Below are positions 1 through 5,941 of a DNA stretch of 12,370 bases, piece by piece (within the stretch, counting starts at the first letter, position 1; the number at the start of each line of letters is the position of its first letter). The DNA is from Promethearchaeota archaeon. Its GTDB lineage: Archaea > Asgardarchaeota > Hermodarchaeia > Hermodarchaeales > Hermodarchaeaceae. A program made the position numbers and the translations under genes. The notes below the pieces were generated by a model. The model had not been told where the DNA came from, made no database searches, and was given only the letters and a program-made list of their open reading frames with translations. The stretch is taken from the NCBI GenBank assembly GCA_048938295.1, contig JBHLMI010000045.1, forward strand, positions 1-12,370, given 5' to 3'.

Positions 1-342
1 CTGGAACCAGTGCACAACCTGTCAAAGGATAAGGTCTTTGATCAGCGGCTAGCGAAGGCTCGAAGGATCTTTGCTGCTTTATCCAAGCAAAAACCCACCG
101 CCCAAGACCTAATGCCCCTCGTTGAATATTTCCATGGCATCGAAATACAGGTAGGGGCTCTGCGCTGCCCTAAGTGCCATAGGTGGTTTCCAATTGGATC
201 ACGAGTGGAGACAATTCCTGAATTATTACCGGACGCTGGACGGGATAAAAACGCGGATGTGGCGTTTCTCCGGAAGTATCGTGACGTGCTTCCTGACGCG
301 ATTTTAACTGGCTCTAAACCCTTCGTTTTGGAAGAAGCCTAG
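1..342 (+). CDS. Trm112-like protein (methyltransferase activator family), 5'-truncated by the window edge
   Basis: Frame is open from base 1 (CTG GAA CCA GTG), so the GTG at 10 is probably internal. C-terminal half pattern EIQVGALRCPKCHRWFPI...IPELLPD...D..FL.K...LP..IL...KP matches archaeal Trm112-type proteins. Stop TAG at 340-342. Confidence 0.7.
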   Translation: MEPVHNLSKDKVFDQRLAKARRIFAALSKQKPTAQDLMPLVEYFHGIEIQVGALRCPKCHRWFPIGSRVETIPELLPDAGRDKNADVAFLRKYRDVLPDAILTGSKPFVLEEA

Positions 343-356
343 TTGAGAGTACAGAT

Positions 357-369
357 TAGCAGAATCCTT
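357..369 (+). repeat. 13-bp direct repeat, left copy (TAGCAGAATCCTT)
   Basis: Exact match to 1656-1668, read directly. Followed by GGG at 370-372. Confidence 0.97.
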
Positions 370-373
370 GGGC

Positions 374-381
374 TTTTTATG
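374..381 (+). promoter_or_regulatory. TATA-like box (TTTTTATG) upstream of tnpB; could also be an oligo-T terminator for the Trm112-like gene
   Basis: Centred about 26 nt upstream of the GTG at 403, the spacing expected for a leaderless archaeal transcript. No Shine-Dalgarno before 403 and the adjacent BRE position is non-consensus. Confidence 0.35.
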
Positions 382-402
382 TCCACTTGTTGACGAAAAG
401 TT

Positions 403-1641
403 GTGAAAGCTGGAAGTAAGTCACTAATTATCTATCGTGGATATAAGACGGAGTTGAAATTAAATAATCACCAGAGAAACCTTTGTAGAAGACACGCGGG
501 ATTTGCTAGGTTTGCTTATAATTGGGGTTTACAAAGGAAGATTGAGGAATATGAAAAAACTGGAAGCTCTCCCACTGCATTTACTTTGAGTAGGGAACTG
601 AACAGGCTTAAGCTTTCTGAATTTTCTTGGATGTATGAACTGTCAAGTCGTGTTCCCCAAGAAGCATTCAAAAATCTGGATTTCGCGTTCAACCAATTCT
701 TTCGTCGTATAAAAAAGGGTAAAAAACTAGGATTCCCAAAATTCAAAGCACGCAAATGTGGACTCGGATCCTTCCGGTTAAACGGAGTAATCCGTGTGTC
801 TGAAAATGTTATCCAATTGCCCCGACTTGGTAGGCTTCGGTTAAAAGAAAGAGGCTATTTACCCTCCGAGTCAAATCGGATACATATTCTTTCAGCAACC
901 GTCTCGGAGAAAGCAGGTCGTTGGTTTGTTTCCCTACAAGTTCGAGAAGAGATTTCTCCAGAACAAAGCAGTGGTCCAGTAGTTGGTGTTGATGTTGGGC
1001 TCCGCCATTTAGCAGTACTTTCTGATGGCACCTTCTTCGATAATCCAAAGGCATTGAGTCAGAAGGAACGGAAATTGAAGCAGGTACAAAGAAAGCTTGC
1101 AAAGAAGCTGCGTGGAAGTAATAATTATCAGAAGCTAAAACTCAAACTACAAAGAATCCATAAAAAAATTGCAAACATTCGAAAAGATGCTATTCACAAA
1201 ATAACAACCCGACTGGTGAAAACCAAATCAGTCATAGTTATTGAGGGACTTAATATTCGCGGACTAACGAAAAATCATTCAATAGCAAAGGCAGTTTCAG
1301 ATGCGAGTTTCCAAGAGTTTCGACGCCAACTCGAATATAAAACGGTCTGGTATGGATCTAATCTGATTATTGTGCCTTGGTCTTTTCCATCGTCAAAGCG
1401 ATGTTCCAAATGTGGAAAAATCAAGAAAGAGTTACCTCTATCTTCACGGATTTACGAATGCAAGTATTGTGGATTAACTATGGATCGTGATTTGAATGCT
1501 AGTAAAAACCTAGCATTAGTCGCCGCCAGTTGGTCGGAGACAATAAACGCTTGTCTAGAGGTGGGAGGTTACAGATCCATTGGATCAGTGCCCATCAATG
1601 ATGCAAGAACCGAACACCAATCAAAAAACTTGAAAGGGTAA
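403..1641 (+). CDS. tnpB: RNA-guided endonuclease TnpB (IS607-like), 412 aa
   Basis: N-terminal YKTELKLNNHQR...HAGFARFAYNWGL, PKFK motif, RuvC-I VGVDVG, RuvC-II VIVIEGL, zinc finger CSKC...CKYC, RuvC-III DRDLNASKNL. All three acidic catalytic residues present, no frameshift. Confidence 0.95.
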   Translation: MKAGSKSLIIYRGYKTELKLNNHQRNLCRRHAGFARFAYNWGLQRKIEEYEKTGSSPTAFTLSRELNRLKLSEFSWMYELSSRVPQEAFKNLDFAFNQFFRRIKKGKKLGFPKFKARKCGLGSFRLNGVIRVSENVIQLPRLGRLRLKERGYLPSESNRIHILSATVSEKAGRWFVSLQVREEISPEQSSGPVVGVDVGLRHLAVLSDGTFFDNPKALSQKERKLKQVQRKLAKKLRGSNNYQKLKLKLQRIHKKIANIRKDAIHKITTRLVKTKSVIVIEGLNIRGLTKNHSIAKAVSDASFQEFRRQLEYKTVWYGSNLIIVPWSFPSSKRCSKCGKIKKELPLSSRIYECKYCGLTMDRDLNASKNLALVAASWSETINACLEVGGYRSIGSVPINDARTEHQSKNLKG

Positions 1642-1671
1642 GATTCGGGCAACGGTAGCAGAATCCTTTTA
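1495..1671 (+). ncRNA. Predicted TnpB omegaRNA/reRNA: scaffold to 1655 plus guide from 1656
   Basis: Established: TnpB guide RNAs derive from the element's right end plus 3' flank and overlap the end of tnpB. Seen stems: 1495-1502/1510-1517 (8 bp), 1574-1578/1582-1586, 1561-1565/1591-1595, 1610-1614/1644-1648. The 5' and 3' limits are approximate. Confidence 0.7.
1656..1668 (+). repeat. 13-bp direct repeat, right copy (TAGCAGAATCCTT)
   Basis: Starts at the first base after CAACGG and is identical to 357-369. Confidence 0.97.
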
Positions 1672-1674
1672 TAG
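1659..1674 (+). promoter_or_regulatory. Archaeal BRE + TATA promoter (CAGAATCC TTTTATAG) for the r-protein operon
   Basis: Purine-rich AGAA directly upstream of TTTTATAG, the only good TATA box before rpl22. Predicts a start near 1696-1697, coinciding with the 5' end of the leader stem. Confidence 0.65.
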
Positions 1675-1695
1675 TGTTGGGGGTTTGACTTCCTC

Positions 1696-1804
1696 GCTCT
1701 CACATTGTTTGGGAGTGCGGATCAGCGCCGAGGGTTCTTGGAATTCTCGTTCTTGCTGCTGCAACCTGCAAAGTGAGTGTTTTCAATCCCAGAGATGATA
1801 CCCT
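1696..1804 (+). promoter_or_regulatory. Putative structured 5' leader of rpl22 (candidate r-leader)
   Basis: Hand-folded: closing stem 1696-1708/1768-1780 with two mismatches, arms 1715-1718/1725-1728, 1729-1737/1741-1749 (9 bp) and 1753-1756/1761-1764. Confidence 0.45.
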
Positions 1805-2266
1805 ATGCCCAACTACGGCTATTCGATCATTGGTCTGGATCCCGATAAAACCGCCCGGGCTAGCGGACGCGAGGTTCACATGTCTCCCAAGGCTGCTCGA
1901 GAAATCTGTAATGAGCTACGGGGACTCCGCCTTGAAGCCGCCAAAACCTACTTGGAAGAGGTCATCGCCATGCGCCAGGCGGTGCCTTACCGTCGGCACG
2001 ACGGACAAGTGGGGCATCGCAAGGGACTGCGTAAGGCTGATTCTGGACGGTACCCTGTGAAAGCATCCAAAGAGATCCTGCGTGTGATAGCCAACGCCGA
2101 GAATAACGCCGATTACAAAGGCTTAGATCTGGATCGGCTGCGAGTCACGCATATCTCAGCGTATCCGGGTCGGGTCAATAAACGCTTCGTACAACGGGCG
2201 CGGGGACGGTCAACTAAGTATAATGAGCAATTAGTCCATGTTGAGGTCGTCTTAACGGAGGAATAA
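1805..2266 (+). CDS. rpl22: 50S ribosomal protein L22 (uL22), archaeal type
   Basis: SPKAAREIC...GL.LE.A..YLEEV....AVPYRRH...VGHRKG...GRYPVKA; RARGR motif. Confidence 0.97.
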   Translation: MPNYGYSIIGLDPDKTARASGREVHMSPKAAREICNELRGLRLEAAKTYLEEVIAMRQAVPYRRHDGQVGHRKGLRKADSGRYPVKASKEILRVIANAENNADYKGLDLDRLRVTHISAYPGRVNKRFVQRARGRSTKYNEQLVHVEVVLTEE

Positions 2267-2268
2267 TC

Positions 2269-3495
2269 ATGCCAGCTGAAGATCATTTCATTAATCGAGG
2301 ACTGTTGAAAGTTAAAGTGAACGATTTTCTTCGCCAGGAGCTTCGACGTGCGGGTTATGCTGGCGTAGACCTTCAGAAAACTCCGCTCGGGATGCGAGTC
2401 GTCGTCTATGCTGCACGTCCTGGAATGGTTATTGGTCGACGTGGGATAACGGTTCGGGAGCTCACAGAAACTCTTGAACACGATTTTGGTCTTGAAGCAC
2501 CGCAAATCGAAGTCAATGAGGTGGAGGTCCCCGAACTCAACGGACCCATAATGGCAGAACGGTTAGCCCAACGCCTTGAGCGGGGTGATCATTTCCGTCG
2601 TGCGGCCTACGGTGTTCTTCGTCGTATCATTCAGACAGGGGCAAAGGGTGTCGAAATCTCCCTCGCTGGCAAGCTTACCAGCCGTCGTGCCCGGTATCAG
2701 AAATTCCGCAGCGGCTTCGTGGCCAAGACTGGTGAACCGATACGAACTGCGGTGAGTCATGGGTGGGCTTATGCTGTAATGAAACCGGGAGTCTTAGGAG
2801 TTCAAGTCCGCATCATGCTACCGGATACTGTTGCTCCGGATCATCCTGTTATCGTCCATCGGGAAGTGGAAGTTCAAGCAGTTCCTCCTCCTATCCCCAA
2901 AGCCGCAGAAATCGAAATCATCGAAGAAGAACTCCCCTTAGAAGAAGCTCCCTCAATCGAAGAGTTTGTGGAAGAAGATATGGAACCGGCTCCTGAATCG
3001 GTCGAGCCAAAAACCCCTGTGACCCCTGAGGGCGAACCAACCTCTAAGGCCTCCCCTGAACCTGCTCCAGAAGCCCCACCCGCCGAAGAAAAACCTGCAC
3101 CCGAAAAACCAAAGCCTAAACTCAAGGAAGAACCCAAAGCTGAACCTCCCAAGAAAAAGGCACCTGAAACGCCCAAGGAAAAACCGAAGCCAAAGAAAGA
3201 AGTAGCCAAGGAGAAACCAAAGGCTAAGAAGGAAACGGCAAAGCCGAAACCTAAAGCCAAGCCCAAAACCGAACCGAAACCCAAGGCAAAGGCTAAGACT
3301 GAGCCTAAGAAGAAGGTGGAGGAGAAACCAAAGGCTAAGGCGAAGCCAAAGGCAGCTAAAGCTGAAGAAAAACCCAAGGCCAAAGTGGCAAAGAAGCCGA
3401 AGACGGAGAAACCTACTGAGAAGGAAAAGAAGACGAAACCCAAAGCGGCAAAGGAGAAGGCTTCGAAATCCAAGAAGGAGTCCTCAAAGAAGTGA
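2269..3495 (+). CDS. rps3: 30S ribosomal protein S3 (uS3) with ~210-aa low-complexity C-terminal extension
   Basis: KH domain ARPGMVIGRRG and C-domain HFRRAAY...GAKGVEI..AGKL...RAR within aa 1-~197, followed by acidic then Lys/Pro/Ala-rich tail. Confidence 0.97.
   Translation: MPAEDHFINRGLLKVKVNDFLRQELRRAGYAGVDLQKTPLGMRVVVYAARPGMVIGRRGITVRELTETLEHDFGLEAPQIEVNEVEVPELNGPIMAERLAQRLERGDHFRRAAYGVLRRIIQTGAKGVEISLAGKLTSRRARYQKFRSGFVAKTGEPIRTAVSHGWAYAVMKPGVLGVQVRIMLPDTVAPDHPVIVHREVEVQAVPPPIPKAAEIEIIEEELPLEEAPSIEEFVEEDMEPAPESVEPKTPVTPEGEPTSKASPEPAPEAPPAEEKPAPEKPKPKLKEEPKAEPPKKKAPETPKEKPKPKKEVAKEKPKAKKETAKPKPKAKPKTEPKPKAKAKTEPKKKVEEKPKAKAKPKAAKAEEKPKAKVAKKPKTEKPTEKEKKTKPKAAKEKASKSKKESSKK
3209..3339 (+). 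repeat. 20-nt exact in-frame direct repeat in the rps3 tail (AGGAGAAACCAAAGGCTAAG at 3209-3228 and 3320-3339)
   Basis: Read directly. Copies are 111 nt (37 codons) apart and both encode EKPKAK. Confidence 0.9.
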
Positions 3496-3515
3496 GATGA
3501 GGAGGTAAAGGGCAA

Positions 3516-3749
3516 ATGCCATTACTGAAAATGAATGAAATCCGGAATATGACTCCTGTTGAACGGGAACGGAAGCTCGATGAACTCCGGGCTGAACTGG
3601 CAAAACAACGGGCTGCAATGATGTCTGGTGCAGGAATGGAAAATCCCGGAGTCATCCGTGGAATTCGTAAAAACATCGCTCGGATTCTAACCGTGAATAC
3701 TGAAGAGGCACGGAGGATTGCTGAAGAAAGCTTGGAGGCGGGTGAGTAG
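3516..3749 (+). CDS. rpl29: 50S ribosomal protein L29 (uL29)
   Basis: LKMNEIRNMT..ER..KL.EL..EL...R...ENPG.IR.IRK.IARILT; SD GAGGAGGT at 3499-3506. Confidence 0.96.
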   Translation: MPLLKMNEIRNMTPVERERKLDELRAELAKQRAAMMSGAGMENPGVIRGIRKNIARILTVNTEEARRIAEESLEAGE

Positions 3750-3751
3750 CT

Positions 3752-4033
3752 ATGCAACACGCTAGCCATCTGGAACTCCACCCCCTCATTGGTCTCTTAG
3801 CCACTGTGAAGCAGGCGACCAACCCCATGCTCCGCAACATTTCCGGCGTCATTGTGGACGACACCCATAACATGCTTACACTCGCTGACGGACTTCGACA
3901 CCGTCAGATTCCGAAGACCTCTACAGTCTTCGAGCTGTCCCTGCCTAGTGGCGAGACAGCAGAAATTGACGGGACGGCTCTACTGGGCACTCCCGCAGAA
4001 CGCCTAAGGAGGGCGAAAAAACTACGATGGTAG
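3752..4033 (+). CDS. rnp1: Ribonuclease P protein component 1 (Rpp29/Pop4)
   Basis: H.LIGL....NP....ISG.IVDDT.NML...IPK...F...IDG..L.G.P.ERL pattern and conserved position between rpl29 and rps17. Confidence 0.88.
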   Translation: MQHASHLELHPLIGLLATVKQATNPMLRNISGVIVDDTHNMLTLADGLRHRQIPKTSTVFELSLPSGETAEIDGTALLGTPAERLRRAKKLRW

Positions 4034-4371
4034 CGAAAAATATCGGTCTGAAGGTCACGCCTCCCGAAGAGGAATGTAGCGATCCTAATTGTCCGTTTCA
4101 CGGTACACTACCAGTCCGTGGACGAACCATGGACGGTGTTGTGGCCAGCACCAGAATGCGCGGCACTGTTACTGTCCGCCGTGATTACTTCAAGTTCATC
4201 AAGAAATACCGTCGGTATGCACGGAGTCACTCTATGACCGCGGCCCATCATCCTCCCTGTATCCCGCTTGAAGTGGGAGACACCGTTCGAATTGCTGAGT
4301 GCCGACAAATTAGCAAAACGGTATCTTATGTCGTCGTTGAACGCATCAAATCCAAGGAGGCGACCGACTAA
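4027..4371 (+). CDS. rps17: 30S ribosomal protein S17 (uS17)
   Basis: NIGL.V.PP..EC.D.NCPFHG.L.VRG; GD.V.IAECR.ISKT. Confidence 0.97.
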   Translation: MVAKNIGLKVTPPEEECSDPNCPFHGTLPVRGRTMDGVVASTRMRGTVTVRRDYFKFIKKYRRYARSHSMTAAHHPPCIPLEVGDTVRIAECRQISKTVSYVVVERIKSKEATD

Positions 4372-4793
4372 TGGTGAAACGAGGTAAAAAGGCTGTAGGT
4401 GTTGCACGAACCAAGATTAGTCGTGGTCTACCCACAGGGGCTAGACTCACCGTTGCCGATAATAGTGGGGCCCGGATAGTCGAAATCATCTCTGTCATTG
4501 GCTGGCATGGACGACTCCGACGTCAACCGGCCGCCAGTGTGGCTGATATGGTTGTAGTCGCCTGCAAGGCTGGGACTCCCAAGATGCGTCGCCAAGTGCT
4601 CCGTGGTATCATTGTGCGACAACGCATGCCCTACCGCCGTAAAGGGGGTCAATGGATTCGCTTTGAAGATAATGCCGTCGTCATCACTTCAGAAGTAGGG
4701 GATCCACAAGGATCAGAAATCCGGGGTCCCATTGCCCGAGAAGCCGCGGAACGCTGGCCCCGTATTGCTAGTGTCGCCAGCATCATCGTTTAG
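4371..4793 (+). CDS. rpl14: 50S ribosomal protein L14 (uL14)
   Basis: ADNSGAR, FEDNAVVI, IRGPIAREAAERWPRIAS. TAATG overlap with rps17. Confidence 0.98.
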   Translation: MVKRGKKAVGVARTKISRGLPTGARLTVADNSGARIVEIISVIGWHGRLRRQPAASVADMVVVACKAGTPKMRRQVLRGIIVRQRMPYRRKGGQWIRFEDNAVVITSEVGDPQGSEIRGPIAREAAERWPRIASVASIIV

Positions 4794-4807
4794 GAGTTGA
4801 AAAGAAC

Positions 4808-5194
4808 ATGACCTCACGAAAACCCAAGAAACAGCGCAAATCGCGATATACCGCACCTTGGCATCGTCGCCACAGATATCTCACCGCTAAGCTGGCTCCT
4901 GATTTAGTGGATAAACACGGCATCAAACGACTGCCGGTCCACACTGGTGACACCGTCTATATCACTCGAGGGGCCTTCCGTGACTCCGAAGGCGATGTGA
5001 TTGAAATCGATATGAAAAAGCTCAAGCTCAGTATCGAGAACATCACAATCGAAAAAGTGGATGGCTCCGCTGAGCCTTTTCCGATACGTCCCGAAAACGT
5101 CATGATTACCAAACTGAAACTTGATAAAACCCGTCAAACGGCCATCGATCGTAAAGCTGCTGCCCGAGCCGGCTTGATAGAAAAGGAGGATTAG
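4808..5194 (+). CDS. rpl24: 50S ribosomal protein L24 (uL24)
   Basis: S.KP.KQRK..Y.AP.H.R; KOW motif LPV..GDTV.I.RG. Confidence 0.97.
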   Translation: MTSRKPKKQRKSRYTAPWHRRHRYLTAKLAPDLVDKHGIKRLPVHTGDTVYITRGAFRDSEGDVIEIDMKKLKLSIENITIEKVDGSAEPFPIRPENVMITKLKLDKTRQTAIDRKAAARAGLIEKED

Positions 5195-5198
5195 TAGT

Positions 5199-5939
5199 AT
5201 GCCCAAAGGTCCCAGAAAACATCTGAAACGATTGGCTGCCCCTGGTCACTGGCAAATTAAGCGCAAGGTTCGTCCCTTTACTATCCGCAGTAAGGCTGGT
5301 CCCCATGCTCTCCAAGAAGGAATACCATTAGGGGTTGTCCTCCGAGACATGCTCAAATTAACCACCACACTGAATGAAACACGGCGTGTCATTGCGCAAG
5401 GGCACGTGAAGGTAGACGGGCGCATACGCAAAGACTACAAATTCCCTGTTGGCTTAATGGATATCATCGAGGTGGACAAAGCCGAAACACTCGTACGCGT
5501 TGTACCTGACTCGCAACACCTCCTCCAACTTTTCAAAATCACCAAGAAAGAACAGAACCTCAAGCCATGTAAAATCACAGGTAAGAACACAGTGGCTAAA
5601 GGAAACATACAACTCCATCTTCATGATGGTCGCACCATCCAACTTCCTGTAAAAGACCCGAAGGTCAAGCCCCAAATCCCCTATAATCCCGGCGATACGC
5701 TGTTAATCAAGTTGCCTGATCAAAGCATTCAGGAACATATCCCCCTTAAGAAAGGAATCACGGTTGTCATCACCGGCGGAGATCATACGGGCAAATTAGG
5801 CAAACTCATCGAAATTGACCCTGAGAATCAACTGGGAACCATCCAGACCACAGAGGCCAAGACCATTTTGACCGCTATTCGATACGTCTTTCCTCTTGGT
5901 ATGGATTCTCCCTTGGTTTCTATTCCGGAGGCTGGCTAA
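5199..5939 (+). CDS. rps4e: 30S ribosomal protein S4e (eS4)
   Basis: GPRKHLKRLAAP, VKVDGRIRKDYKFPVGLMDII, QLHLHDGR. Confidence 0.97.
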   Translation: MPKGPRKHLKRLAAPGHWQIKRKVRPFTIRSKAGPHALQEGIPLGVVLRDMLKLTTTLNETRRVIAQGHVKVDGRIRKDYKFPVGLMDIIEVDKAETLVRVVPDSQHLLQLFKITKKEQNLKPCKITGKNTVAKGNIQLHLHDGRTIQLPVKDPKVKPQIPYNPGDTLLIKLPDQSIQEHIPLKKGITVVITGGDHTGKLGKLIEIDPENQLGTIQTTEAKTILTAIRYVFPLGMDSPLVSIPEAG

Positions 5940-5941
5940 CC

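Larger units (their letters stand above)
370..1655 (+). mobile_element. Non-autonomous tnpB-only element, IS607-like (IS200/IS605/IS607 superfamily)
   Basis: Contains only tnpB. Ends in ...GATTCGGGCAACGG, resembling IS607-type right ends that terminate in GG, and starts at a GGG (370-372). More AT-rich than the r-protein genes (two sampled 60-nt lines: 25/60 and 17/60 GC, versus 37/60 in rpl22). Left boundary could be 370-373. Confidence 0.7.

Noticed and set aside
516-1102. Antisense ORFs inside tnpB (516-755, 809-1102) as a possible tnpA
   Set aside because: No HUH/Y1 or serine-recombinase motifs, and both lie wholly within tnpB.
1497-1660. TGCTA (1497-1501) could pair with the guide seed TAGCA (1656-1660)
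   Set aside because: Only 5 bp and outcompeted by the local 8-bp hairpin.
357-1668. The two 13-bp repeats as a mini CRISPR array
   Set aside because: Too short, only two copies 1.3 kb apart, non-palindromic, no cas genes.
1696-1780. Leader cloverleaf as a tRNA or tRNA remnant
   Set aside because: No TTC-containing T-loop, no 7-nt anticodon loop and wrong arm lengths. Kept only as a candidate leader.
1773-2060. Alternative-frame + strand ORF overlapping rpl22, and similar ones at 2763, 6312, 9046 and 9586
   Set aside because: Out-of-frame overlaps with conserved r-protein genes and no recognisable motifs.
2874-3515. 213-aa antisense ORF rich in F/L/G/S/A, superficially membrane-like
   Set aside because: Mirror of the Lys/Pro/Ala/Glu codons of the rps3 tail, which rarely create antisense stops. 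No independent signals.
3750-3751. No SUI1/eIF1 gene between rpl29 and rnp1
   Set aside because: Its presence at this position is patchy across archaea, so absence is ordinary.
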